Shown: positions 1-14,274 of the stretch, piece after piece
Layout: each line of letters starts with the position of its first letter
Numbering within the stretch: the first letter of the stretch is position 1
From: the human T2T-CHM13v2.0 reference genome, Homo sapiens
DNA: 64,000 nt
NCBI RefSeq assembly: GCF_009914755.1
Contig: NC_060947.1
Strand: one strand, 5' to 3'
Notes under the pieces: generated by a model
Seen by the model: only the letters and a program-made list of their open reading frames with translations
Told to the model about the DNA's origin: nothing
The model's database searches: none
Translations under genes and position numbers: made by a program

Positions 1-855
1 AATTATGAATGGAAGTTCATTCATGATTTGGCTCTCTGCTTGCCTATTGTTAGTATATAGGAATGACAGTAAATATTTAACAATGATTTTGTAACCTGAA
101 ACTTTGCTGAAGTTGCTTATCAGCTTAAGAAGCTTGTGGGCTGAGACAATGTTGTTTTCTAGATATAGAATCATAGCATCTGCATGCAAAGATAGTTTGG
201 ATTCCTCTTTTCCTATTTGAATACACTTTATTTCTTTCTCTTGACTGATTGCCTTGGCCAGAACTCCCAATACTACGTTGAATAGGAGTAGTGAGAGAGG
301 ACATTCTTGTCTTGTGCCAGTTTTCAAAGGGAGTGCTTTTAGCTTTTGCCTATTCAGTATGATACTGACTGTAGATTTGCCATATATAACTCTTATTATT
401 TTTAGGTATGTTCCTTCAATATGTGGTTTATTGAGAGGTTTTAACATGAAGGGATGTTGAATTTTATTGAAGTCCTTTTCTGCATCTATTGAGATAATCA
501 TGTGGTTTTTGTCTTCAGTTCTGTTTATGTGATGAATCACATTTATTGATTTGCATATGTTGTACCAACCTTGTATCCCAGGGATGAAACCAACTTTATT
601 GTGGTCGATAAACTTTTTGATGTGCTGCTGGATTTGATTTGCCAGTATTTTATTGACAGTTTTTGCATCAATGTTCATCAAGGATATTGGCCTGAAGTTT
701 TCTTGTTGTTGTGTCTCTGCCAGTTTTTGGTATCAGGATGATGCTGATCTCATAGAATGAGTTAGGGAGGAGTCCCTCCTTTTCAATGGTTTGAATAGTT
801 TCAGTAGAAATGGTACCAGCTATTCTTTGTACCTCTGGTAGAATTCAGCTGTGTG
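1..855 (-). mobile_element. LINE-1 ORF2 (RT region) fragment, older primate L1, runs off window start
   Basis: Antisense L1 ORF2 text (ttctgcatctattgagataatcatgtgg; ggtatcaggatgatgctg) paralleling the L1 at 25.2-26.0 kb. Confidence 0.93.
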
Positions 856-910
856 ATTCATAAAATGTAGAAAATGTAAAGCTAGGTGTGATTCTAGAAA
901 TGATCTAATT

Positions 911-1222
911 GGAGGGGTGCGGTGGCTCACATCTGTAATCCTAGCAATTTGGGAGGCCGGGGCGGGTGGACTATTTGAAGTCAGGAGTTTGAGACCAACC
1001 TGGCCAACATGGCGAAACCCCATCTCTACTAAAAGTACAAAAATTAGCCCAGCATGGTGGCACATGCCTGTAGTCCCAGCTACTCAGGAGGCTGAGGCAG
1101 GAGAATCACCTGAACCCAGGAGTTGGAGGTTGCAGTGAGCCGAGATTACACCATTGCACTCCTGCCTTGGTGACAGAGTGAGACTGTCTCAAACAAGCAA
1201 ACAACAAACAAATAAAAAAAAA
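911..1222 (+). mobile_element. Alu (AluS-type)
   Basis: Dimeric Alu with A-rich linker and (CAAA)n/A tail; approximate TSD aaa(t/a)gatcta. Confidence 0.95.
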
Positions 1223-1234
1223 GATCTAGTCAAA

Positions 1235-1340
1235 ACCCCTCACATTTTACAGATGAAGATGAGGTCAAAATTCTTAAGTGCTCAAAATCATACATGTAAT
1301 TATTAACAGTGGCAGAACCTAGACAAACCAGGTGTCTTGG
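1235..1340 (-). mobile_element. MIR fragment
   Basis: MIR core-like cattttacagatgaagatgagg...gtggcagaacc. Confidence 0.55.
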
Positions 1341-1872
1341 CTATGCAAATTAATTCAATGAATACTTTTTTACTTTTGTCAGTAATTACTGATTTTTTAG
1401 ATCTTGCTCTAAAATAATTAAATACTGTACTCTGAAGCTATAGAAATATAGATTATAAACTTCTGAACAACAATGACCAATAATAATCTGTTCTATATGG
1501 TAATATTTTAAGCATGTAGAATAGCTCATAGGTGCACAATATTTCATGAAGACAGTATTGTCATTACAAGTTTTTCTCAAAAATAGTATTATTTTGTTTA
1601 TGGTAAGGTAATATTTTATCAGCCATTTTAGGGACACATATTTGTGTAAGAACTCCTGTGTTTTGTAAAATTTTTATTAGTATAAAATAATACAGTTTTG
1701 TCAGTATATTTAAAATGCTTGAAAGCATGCACAGGTAGCTATACAGTAAGAATATTTAAGATATAGTAGGGATGAGGAAAGAAAAGTTTTTCTTTTCAAT
1801 TTTAATATTCTGTACTTTTAAATATATTTTTAACAGTAAGCATGTTTGTCCTTTTAATATAAAAATAAGTTA

Positions 1873-2119
1873 CACCGCATGATCTCACTCATAGGTGGGA
1901 ATTGAACAATGAGAACACATGGACACAGGAAGGGGAACATCACACACTGGGGCCTGTTGTGGGGTGGGGGGAGGGGGGAGGGATAGCATTAGGAGATATA
2001 TCTAATGTTAAATGATGAGTTAATGGGTGCAGCACACCAACATGGCACATGTATACATATGTAACAAACCTGCACGTTGTGCACATGTACCCTAAAACTT
2101 AAAGTATAATAAAAAAAAA
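1873..2119 (+). mobile_element. 5'-truncated young L1PA 3' end
   Basis: ctcataggtgggaattgaacaatgagaacac...G-rich tract...ccctaaaacttaaagtataataaaaaa. Confidence 0.95.
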
Positions 2120-2515
2120 GTATTTCAACACTATCACAAAAACAGAAAAATCGCACCACTCAGAAAGAACCACTCTTAGTATTTTGTCACATTTCTTTCC
2201 AACCTGACATTATGCCTTATTTGTTTCCAAAAGTATCTGATTTCTGCTCTTGTTCCATTTGACAGTATGGCATAAATGTTTTCTTATGTCATTAAAAACT
2301 ATTCATTATTTTTTTAATAGCTGTGAAGAATTACATTGTTTGGACATACTATAATTACTTTAGCTTAATATTCTATGTTGGTTTATTTCCCTTTGTTATC
2401 ATAACTAAAGCACTATTAGACATAATCATGCATTAATCTTTGTCTGTATTTTGGATTAAGTCCTTATGATAGATTCATAAAACTTAAATTAATTACTGGG
2501 TTAAATAATATGAAC

Positions 2516-2805
2516 TTTTTTTTTTTTTTGAGATGGAGTCTTGCTCTGTTGCCCAGACTGGAGTAGAGATGTGATCGGCTCTCTGCAACCTCTGCCTTCC
2601 AGGTTCAAGTGATTCTCCTGTCTCAGCCTCCCAAGAAGCTGAGACTACAGGTGCGCCACCACGCCTGGCTAGTTTTTGTATTTTTTAGTAGAGATGGGAT
2701 TTCTCCATGTTGGGCATGCTGGTCTTGAACTCCTGACCTCAATTGATTCACCACCTTGGCCTCCCAAAGTGCTGGGATTACAGGTGTGAGCCACCGTGCC
2801 TGGCC
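2516..2805 (-). mobile_element. Alu (AluS-type)
   Basis: Poly-T then antisense Alu; TSD taatatgaac at 2506-2515 and 2806-2815. Confidence 0.95.
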
Positions 2806-2885
2806 TAATATGAACATTTTAAAAAACTCTCCAAAAATAATACCAAATTACTTTTCAGAAATATACTAATTTATACTCCCACTAA

Positions 2886-3040
2886 TTTTTTTCAGAGACA
2901 AGATCTCACTATGTTACCCAGGCTGGAGTGGAGTGGCTATTCACAGACAAGATCATAGCATACTGCAGCCCTGAACTCCTGGGCCCAAGTAATCCTCCTG
3001 CTCAAGTAGCTGGAACTACCTTGTAAGGTATGCCACCACA
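2886..3040 (-). mobile_element. FAM (fossil Alu monomer)-like SINE
   Basis: Monomer retaining 7SL-like tggctattcacag..gatcatagc; flanked by direct repeat tcccactaatttt. Confidence 0.75.
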
Positions 3041-3099
3041 TCCCACTAATTTTATTATTTCTTCCAGTAGTGTGTGAAAGTGCTTTATCACAAAACCAT

Positions 3100-3900
3100 C
3101 ATATATATGTTTCTAATAGATTAGATAAAATCATTACTGTCTATTTTTAGTTGAAATTCTTTGATTTAGTGAAATTAAACATGTTACTTGTTCATTAGCC
3201 ATTTATATTGTATCTCCTGTGAATCATCTAATTACTTATTCATTTATATACTGGAGTTTTTGTATTTTTCTTATCAATTTGTATGAACTACTTACATATT
3301 AAGACTATAACCAACAAATATTAATTTCTGTAATATTTGTTGCAGGTAAGTTTTCTAATTTTGTTTTTTTAAATTTGATTTATGCTGTTTTTAATGATGA
3401 CGTTTATAAAATTCTATCCTATCTATTGTTTTATTTTATAATTTATTTCCCATTGTTCCTAAACTTAGAAAGTGACCCCTCATCCTGAAATTTATTGCAT
3501 AATCAACTTTTCTTTTCTACTATTTTACATTTTTATAATTTGATTTTTTTGTATTAAGAAAATTTAACTACTTTTTATCCAGCTGGAATTTATTTTATAT
3601 GATGTGAGAGGATTGTTTATGAAATAGCCAATCAGTTGTTCCAGCATTATTTATTAAATATCTTTACTTTCACAATTGTTGCATTATACTCTCTTTGCCA
3701 TCTATTAAAGTGTTATACTAAGGTCTGTTTCTTCACTGTCTGTTCTGTTCCATTGATCTGGTACCAATGTTATTTTAATTTAATCATTGTAGGTTGCATT
3801 AAATTTTAATATCTGACAAGGCTAGCTTTCACACATAAGATTTTTTTCTCTTTTTCATTTTTAAGCCATTATCTTCTATTTGTTTTTTCAGAGAAACTTC
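3100..3900 (-). mobile_element. Ancient, highly diverged L1M(E) fragment
   Basis: Degenerate antisense L1 motifs (ttgttcattagccattt, cagttgttccagcattatttattaaa, ttctgttccattgatct). Confidence 0.6.
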
Positions 3901-4004
3901 AGAAAAATTTTGTCATGTTTTTCTTCTCCACTCTCATATTTTACATTGAGGGTATTGACTGCAATTGTTGTGCTATGTATGTTACGTTCTTTCTTTATTC
4001 TTTA

Positions 4005-4119
4005 CAGATGGGGTCTTGCTGTGTTGCACAGGCTCATCTCAAATTCCTGGCCTCAAGTAATCCTCCCACCTGGGCCTCTCATAGTGTCGGGATTACAGGC
4101 ATGAGCCATTGCACTCAGC
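4005..4119 (-). mobile_element. FLAM / free left Alu monomer
   Basis: Single ~115-bp antisense left arm followed by an A-rich tail on the minus strand. Confidence 0.8.
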
Positions 4120-4186
4120 TTGTCATGTTTCTATTTACTTATTTACTTAACTTTTATACTACTTAGTGACTACTGTCATGTTTCTT

Positions 4187-6510
<2,324 letters not shown>

Positions 6511-6689
6511 TTTATTTATTTATTTATAAACATTTATCCCACTCAGTGGCTACTGTCATGTTTCTTGATTCACTTAATTACACCTTTATATGTTTCAGTG
6601 AAATTTTCTTTACAAAGGTTCTGCATATTCCTTGTTAAAATTTTAATTCACTCAATAATGTTAATTCTTCTGGAATTCAGATAGATCAA

Positions 6690-6860
6690 TGTTGTTTTGT
6701 ACCCATTATATGCTAAGCATTGGCCTAGACGTTTGCATGTATTATTTATATTTCTCACAAGAATTCTGTGTAGTAGGCATTTATTATGCTCATTTTAGAG
6801 ATAAGGAAATTAAGACTCCAAGAGATTTAATGGCTTGCCCAAGGCCTGGTAAATATCAGG
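6690..6860 (-). mobile_element. MIR fragment
   Basis: cattttagagataaggaaattaagactc...ggcttgcccaagg. Confidence 0.65.
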
Positions 6861-7004
6861 GCTCTGTTAAGACCTCTGAAAGAGGTCTTTTTCTCTCACC
6901 AATTTATATTGTTTTAATTGGTTATTGCTAGGCACTAAGAAAGCTATTTAAAATATATATTTTTTATTCAATCACCTATCTACCTGTCTGTCTATATTAT
7001 TTAT

Positions 7005-7468
7005 GGCAGAAAAAAAAGAGGTTTTATTGTTTTCATTTGGTCGACCAACTAGGAGAGAGTTCTAGGGTGGTTAAAAATCTGTCTTACACTGGAGAAAGTG
7101 GCTTTGGCACAACCTCCAGTTCAGAAGGATCATGGGAAGGCTGTTGGGTGTCATAGGTCACTGGGCTTGGGAGAATCCAAGTTGTCAACAAGAAGTTTTT
7201 GACCAGCCAGGTCTGGGGCCTGCAAGCCTGTGGAGGTGGGTCAGGTAGTCATCCATCTTCTCAATGAGTTTCACCTCCTATTAGGAAGTGATATTCCAGG
7301 AACTCACACCAATGGGGGTCTCTGCTGCTCCAAACTCAGACTTAGCAGGCCTGGTTTAGGCTCTTTTTCAGGACCATGATGGCTTCCTTCGCAACCCCAC
7401 TCATCTTGGGATGTCTTTTTCATATCCAGGCAGAGAGTTTGGCCACAGCATTGGTTTTTCATCTTTAA
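7005..7468 (-). pseudogene. FTL: Processed (intronless) ferritin light chain pseudogene fragment: 3' half of CDS plus 3'UTR
   Basis: Minus strand reads [11 protein letters not shown]...DPHWCEFLEYHFL..EVKLIEKMDDYLTHLHRLAGP versus FTL DIKKPAEDEWG...[36 protein letters not shown]. FTL-like 3' end gaccaaatgaaaacaataaa; frameshifted. Symbol is the parent gene. Confidence 0.9.
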
Positions 7469-7731
7469 GAGATGCTCAGGCTGGGCATAGTGTGATCATG
7501 GCCCACTGCAACCTTGACCTCCAAGGCTCAAGCCATCCTCCAACCTCAGCATCCCGAGTAGCTGGGACTACAAATGTGCACCATCATGCCCCACTAATTT
7601 TTAAAGATTTTTTTAGAGGCAGTGTCTCACTATGTTGGTCAGGGTGGTCTTGAACTCCTGGGCTCAAACAATCCTCCTGACTTGGCCTCCGAAAGTATTA
7701 GGGTTACAGGTGTGAGCCACCATGCCCAGCC
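7469..7731 (-). mobile_element. AluJ-like, tail end damaged
   Basis: Antisense Alu with J-type ggctcaagccatcctcc / gaactcctgggctcaa. Confidence 0.88.
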
Positions 7732-7927
7732 TATTGTTTTATATTTTAAATAATATAGCTAAAGTTAAATCACTAGTCCTCAAGTACCTACCCTTTCTTC
7801 AAAGTGCATTACAATACTAAAATCTTTCTACAAGTGTGTTTGATGTGAATTTCTTAGTTTGAGTAACCTTGCTTCCCACCTGAGCTAACATCATCAAATG
7901 CATTTTATGTGTATCCTTTGAAATTCT

Positions 7928-8237
<310 letters not shown>

Positions 8238-8299
8238 AGTCCTTTGAAATTCTGATGAGCTAATTAGTAATTTACTTCTCTCGAAATAGCCCTTTCCAG

Positions 8300-8460
8300 C
8301 ATGATGCAGTAGAAAGAGTAATACTGTGAGGGTCAGGAAACTTTTGTTCTAATCCTGGCTCCTTCATTAATTGTACAACTGTGGAAAAATCACCAATTTC
8401 TTTAAGCTTTAAAAAAATATCTATACAGTGAGTGTACTCCTAGCTGTAAAATTCTGACTG
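8300..8460 (+). mobile_element. MIR fragment
   Basis: gttctaatcctggctcc...; ctagctgtaaaattctga 3' end. Confidence 0.5.
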
Positions 8461-8779
8461 TAATCTTTAGTTCCATCCCATTACTTCTTCCATTTAAATT
8501 TTCGATATCCATTCAATGAAGATGCAAGTCTCTTATTTCTGTTACCTCTTTCAAGATACAAATACTCATTCAACACATCCCCACTCCATTTTACTCTCAA
8601 TTGTCCTATATTTTCTCTTTTTCTTCTTAGTAAGGTGCTTTATGAAGCCCCTGATTCTTTGTAGGCAAATTTCATTTTGTCTTAAAACCTGTTTATCACC
8701 CCCAACAAAATCTGGCTGTCACATGAAGACATCAGTTTCTCTGCAGTCTTTCTCACTGGAGATTTTACCCGCAGACACC

Positions 8780-9264
8780 TAAAGCATATGGTAGCTTCCC
8801 CATTGCCCAGCTTCCGCACCATGGGCAGCTTCTTCAGTGCTCACCTCCCAGAGTTTCCATTGACACTCCTTGCCCCTCAGGCATTATTCTAGCAGACAGC
8901 TTCCAAATGAGACACATTGGCATGATTAGATTTCCCAGGCTCCTTAGAGGGTGATTTTCCGGTAATCCCTAAAGGATTAATTTCTAGCAAGTTCCACCTG
9001 CGTAATGCCACAGTGACTGATCTTTCATGTTAGCGTCCACTCCAACAAGGTCTGGATCTCAGCCCTGGGCTGGAGTGGGGTGGGAATGCTCTTCCTTGGG
9101 TGCTCTATTTCAGCCCTAGAAGTAGTAGTTGCTCCTTATTTTTGCTACTCCTATATTCTTTAAAGGTCACCTTACTGTTTACTAACCAATCCCTCATTAT
9201 TCCCGTCTGCTGTTATATATAACATTCTTTATCTTAAACTTTCCTCTATTCAATTTACTGTGTG

Positions 9265-9301
<37 letters not shown>

Positions 9302-9323
9302 CTAGTTGGACTAAGACTCATAC
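8780..9323 (+). mobile_element. Ancient ERVL-type solo LTR (LTR33/LTR16-like)
   Basis: 3' end ctttatcttaaactttcctctattcaatttactgtgtg...tggactaagactcatac resembles ERVL LTR termini; 5' boundary uncertain. Confidence 0.45.
9265..9301 (+). repeat. (CT)n microsatellite
   Basis: ctctctct run with one interruption. Confidence 0.95.
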
Positions 9324-9744
9324 TGAAGTCTCTATGCCTTTTTAGCTTAATTTACTCCTTAATCCCTTCAATCAGGCTGCTATTCCTACTGCTACTGTGG
9401 AAAAAATGTGAAATCTAACCATCTTTCTCCATCCTGTGGTTTCGCTGCTTGGGACAGAATCCTCTTGAAATTCCAACTTAGGCTTCTATGATACTATACC
9501 ATTCCATTTGTCTTCCTGAATCTCCAATTGTCCCTTCTGTTTTCTATATTTACTCTAATTTCTTTTCATGTTTCTTAGTTGTTATTACCAAAGTGTGAAT
9601 ATTTATCCCTTGGCTATTTTCTGTTTTCTCTCTTCTCTAGATAACTCATAGTCTCTTGGCATTAGCTACCATCTCTGATTTAATGACTTCCAACTTATGT
9701 TTATAGTCCTATCATCTCTCCTCATCTTAGTTCTACATTATTCA

Positions 9745-10230
9745 TTTTTTTATCCAACAAATATTTCCTGAATGCTTACTCTGTGCTAGGCAATGTGGTA
9801 GATATTTGAAATACAAACGTGAACCAGGCACATTTCCTACACATGGCAAGCTTATTGACTGATGGCGAACACTGACATGTAAACAGAATATTATCATACA
9901 GTGTGGCAAGAGCTGCGGTTGAAGTAGAAAGTATTATTGGAACATAAAAAAACTCCTAACCTAATCTTGGTGGAGGTCATGGAGGATTTCCCAGAGACTG
10001 TAATATCTAGCAGAGAACTGAATGATGAGTAGGAGTTAACCAGGTGAAGAAGATTGAAGGGGTGGATAAAGTTGGAAAGTCAGTTCCAGACAGAAAAAAC
10101 AGCATGTATAAAAGCCTAAGTGTCATAGAGAACATGATGTTTTGGGGCGAAATTGAATTAGTTCAGACCATGTAGTTTCAGATCAATTAGCTAGACCATA
10201 GAGTTTAAGGGGAGAGTGACTAAACTTAAG
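9745..10230 (-). mobile_element. L2 3' fragment
   Basis: caacaaatatttcctgaatgcttactctgtgctaggc; gaactgaatgatgagtaggagttaaccagg. Confidence 0.7.
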
Positions 10231-10925
10231 CAAGCAGAAGTTAGAACTTCAAATTGTCTACTTTTATATTTATATTGTCTACAATTTTATATTTTATTTA
10301 ACATGTACCTCTTTAAAGGAAACTTTCCTGAACTATTTTTACTACTAAAGTTATACAGATTTTTCCCTTCTCTCAATTCTACAACATTATTTATTAATAT
10401 TTCACTTAACCCTATACTCTTGGACCTTGTTCCCTAGTTGTTTTATTTCCATTTAAGACTATTTATTGAGTATTTTGTATTCCAAGCTGCTGTGACGAGC
10501 ACAAGAGATATAGGGGTGAATGAGATAGGACTCTTGAATAGCAGACTTTCTTGAATGCATGTCTTACCTTTTCAGCAGATTGCAAGCTACTTGAAGCCTG
10601 GGGCTGTGATCTAAGTTTTATAATAAATCTGTTTCTATTTAGAATAACTAGAAATGAAAAAAAATCAAGATGGACAGTTGAAAGTCTTAGGCCAATAAAG
10701 TTCTTTACAAATATCCCTAGGTGATGTAGTCACATTTTCAGGTATATGGAACAAATGTTCCATATATGTTCCATATATTAAATGGTATAATATATTTGGA
10801 TTTTTAAGACTTTATGAATGAAAACTTTTATTTTGTTCAAGTGCCTATCACAGCAAATACTTCAAATATTTATCAAACTTGTATTCATTATTAGTTTCTG
10901 ATAAACTGTAACTTGCATACATAAT

Positions 10926-11155
10926 CTAGGGTTTCTCAACCTTGTCACTGTTGACATTTTTGGGTGCATAATTTAGTGTGTGTGTGTATGACGTGTGGGT
11001 GCTGTCTTGTACACTGTAGCATGTTTAGCAGCATTCCTGATTTCTTCCCACTAGATGTCTCTACCACACCCCTACCTAAGTTGGACAACCAAAAGTGTCT
11101 CCAGACATTGCCAAATATCCTCTGGGGAGAAAATCACCCTGATTGAGAACCATTG
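10926..11155. mobile_element. MER20 hAT-Charlie MITE
   Basis: TIRs agggtttctcaac...ttgagaaccattg; internal aaaagtgtctccagacattgccaaat. Confidence 0.88.
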
Positions 11156-11409
11156 CAACTCTTTTCGGAGATTCATGGTACGCAGTTTTATGTTAAAAAC
11201 AACCCCAATGACCTTGATTCCAATATTCAAAATAGGACTCCTACATTTGCATTTTAACAGAGGTCTGAGGACCCCACCCCACCCCCACTCACATAACAGT
11301 CAGTTTTTTGGCAGGGAGCATTATACTCAAGAAATCTTCATTTGTTTTTTAGAAATTAATATGAAATTTACTAATTCTTGGCATTGCTTTTCTCTCAATT
11401 AGAAGTAAA

Positions 11410-11640
11410 CATTTGTTAGCCATGCATTGTGCTAAGGGTTCTGAAGGCATTATCTCACTTTAATTCCTATAACAACCCTTAGAAGTTGGTATTATTAGAA
11501 GTTTCTTCTGCATGTGAAGACACTGAGGTTTAGGACACCTCAATGACTTGTCCAAATTTATGCAGCTTGTGGTGTATTTGGGTTTCAAATCCAGATCTCT
11601 GACAACAAAACCAGTGTACTTTCTACTAATCACATGGACT
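11410..11640 (-). mobile_element. MIR
   Basis: cattatctcactttaattcctataacaaccct...cactgagg...tttcaaatccagat. Confidence 0.7.
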
Positions 11641-12029
11641 GACATTTCTTTCATTTCAGTAATTCTCCAGTAGAAATGAGTTATATATTAATTATTATTA
11701 CCAGTGGAGGGTGGTGGATCAAAAAGTTCTCATTCTAACATTAGGGAAACAGTTACTAATTTTATCCATTTTATACTCCACATCTCAGTTTTTATGTTGC
11801 TTAATGTTATAACCTACCAAAAACTCATCAGTTATTCAGCTCTAACAGGTTTCTAAACTAGAAGGGAAAAAAGATTGATTTCCATTACATACAAATAGAT
11901 GTGTTTTAAAAATGTGTTAGGAGGATAAGGATATAATCACTCTGTGGTAGACGTTTTAGTAAGATTAGAGAAGTTTCAGTAGTCTTGTTGATCTTTTGTT
12001 CAATCAAAAGTAACGTCTATTTATTCAGC

Positions 12030-12220
12030 ATGATACAGTTTAAAGGGTAGTGTGTTAGAATGAGGAAGGACTCTATATATTTTAGTCCTTGTCCTATCAT
12101 TAATGTAATTAAGACCCTGAGAAAGCTATTTCTCTACTCTGAGCCTCATGTTCCTCACCTGTAAAAGGAAGAAAGTGGTCCACATGATTTCTAAAGTCCT
12201 TTTCAGCTCTACCATTCTAA
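12030..12220 (+). mobile_element. MIR
   Basis: ctctgagcctcatgttcctcacctgtaaaa; ctaaagtccttttcagctcta. Confidence 0.7.
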
Positions 12221-12337
12221 AAAGAATTGTGTTGTAGAAAACTCCTCAGAAAGAAATAGAAATTATAAATAAACCATCATATAAAACACTACTAAGACTT
12301 TACTTTTTCAAAAAAAACAAAAAGACTTTACTTTTTC

Positions 12338-12672
12338 GAATGAATTAATGGCACTTGCAGTGACCTGGATGAGATTGGAGACTATTATTCTAAGTGAAAT
12401 AACTCAGAAATTGAAAACCAAACATCGTATGTTCTCACTGCTATGTGGGAACTAAGTTATGAGGACATAAACACATAAGAATGATATAATAGACTTTGGG
12501 GACTTGGGGGGAGGGGTGGGAAGGGGGTTGAGGGATAAAAGACTACAAATAGGGTGCAGTGTGTACTGCTCAGGTGATGGGTGCAACAAAATCTCACAGA
12601 TCTACTAAAGAACTTATGTAACCAAATACCACCTGTAGCCCCAATAACCTATGGAAAAAATAATTTTAAAAA
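12338..12672 (+). mobile_element. 5'-truncated L1PB1-like 3' end
   Basis: gtgacctggatgagattggagactattattc...ccccaataacctatggaaaa. Confidence 0.88.
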
Positions 12673-14074
12673 GTTACTTTTAAAATAAAAAATGATTGAT
12701 GGCTGGATGATAGTAGAACTTCAAAATTATATATAATACTAAAGTTGTTGGTTCCTTAGGGTTTTTATGTGATTGTTTTAAATTTGATTTTCATTTTACT
12801 CCATTCTTGCTTAAGGACTTTTTCTTACATTTCCTCTAGGTGGTGCTCCATAACCAAAAATCACTTTTTAGTCTAGTAGCTATCAAAAAATATTCTTAGT
12901 CAACAAGACACCCTCCTTTGTCTCCAAATTCTGTATTATATTTTATCTATGTCACAATTTATAGGATACTGGCACCATAAAACATAAATATATGTTTCTA
13001 AGTTCTACAAATTAATTTAATATAGCACAAAGCACCATCTGTATGGAATAATACCATCTGTTATGCCATGTACTGATCCCATTTCTCATATCTGTGTTAT
13101 GGCAGCTAGCCATTAATTGGTATTAGATGTTCAGAATCCTGTTGATATGCTAGACGATCTGTATGTCATTTATAAAATGAAGGTATTAAAAACATAGGGC
13201 ACCTAGAGTTAAATTTTCTTTATGCATATTCCACAGATGTGTTGTGAATATTTTAAAGACAAAATATTTTACTTATGTATCATATATTTTATTACTATTA
13301 TATTTATCATTTCATAGTAGTATTAAATTTAAATTCATACATAAAATATTCTAGACCAAAAAAAGATTTTTCGACTTGTGTTTTTAAAAAGGTTTTGAAT
13401 TACATTCAAATTAAAAAAAAGCTATCATTGCATTTTATCTCTTTCTACTTAAATATCCTTCCATTCTCTAGTTCTCTAGTCTTCTTAAGGAACCGACTAC
13501 TTCTATAACTCTAATCCTCCACTATTGCTCTGCTTCCCACTCTAACCCTGAAGGTCAATGATGCCAATTCCTTGGTATCTAAATATTCAAAATTTTCAAG
13601 TTGAGTACCAACTTGAAAGATAAGATTATCTGTCTCTGTTGTTTTTGTGTATGATTTCTATTAGATAAGATCTTGTATTAAGCTGCTATTTTGAAAGAAT
13701 TACTCACCCAGCAAATGTTTAAATTAACCAACATTGAGTATTTAATTTTTTATTTGTATCAATTGTTAGTACGGATAATTTGAAATCTAATTACATTTTA
13801 ATAACAAATTATACCGATTTTTAAAAATAGGTAAACAATCTCCACCAATGAGCAATGATTAGAAGTGAATTTGGCATAAAGTGAAGGTTAGCATTTGATA
13901 TTACTTAGGCTTTTTTTTTGGTTTGGAAATGCTGCTACAATAAAGATAATATTAAAAAATTTAACACCATGCATTTTATTTCTTGAATTAAAAACATATA
14001 TGCATGAGAGAATGCATTTGGCTATTAAAAATGACCAACCACAAAACCTTATTACTTTATTAATTTTTAAAGTT

Positions 14075-14274
14075 TTATTTATTTATTATTTTTATTTTAG
14101 GTTCAAGGGTACATGTCCAGTTTTGTTATATAAGTAAATTGTGTGTCACAGTGGTTTGGTGTACAGATTATTTTATCATCCAGGTAATAAGCATAGTACT
14201 CTATAAGGAGTTTTTGAATTCTTTCCCTCCTCCCACCATTCATCCTTAAATACACATATGTCCATGTGTACTCA
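14075..14274 (-). mobile_element. Short L1PA15/16-like 3' end
   Basis: gggtacatgtccag...tacagattattttatcatccaggtaataagcatagtac. Confidence 0.82.

Noticed and set aside
820-1138. Alu-derived ORFs (also 2623, 5760, 7909, 21150, 33432, 36132, 57599)
   Set aside because: Typical chance translations of Alu sequence
13594-13618. 10-bp inverted repeat tttcaagttg-agtac-caacttgaaa
   Set aside because: Short and isolated; plausible by chance in AT-rich DNA
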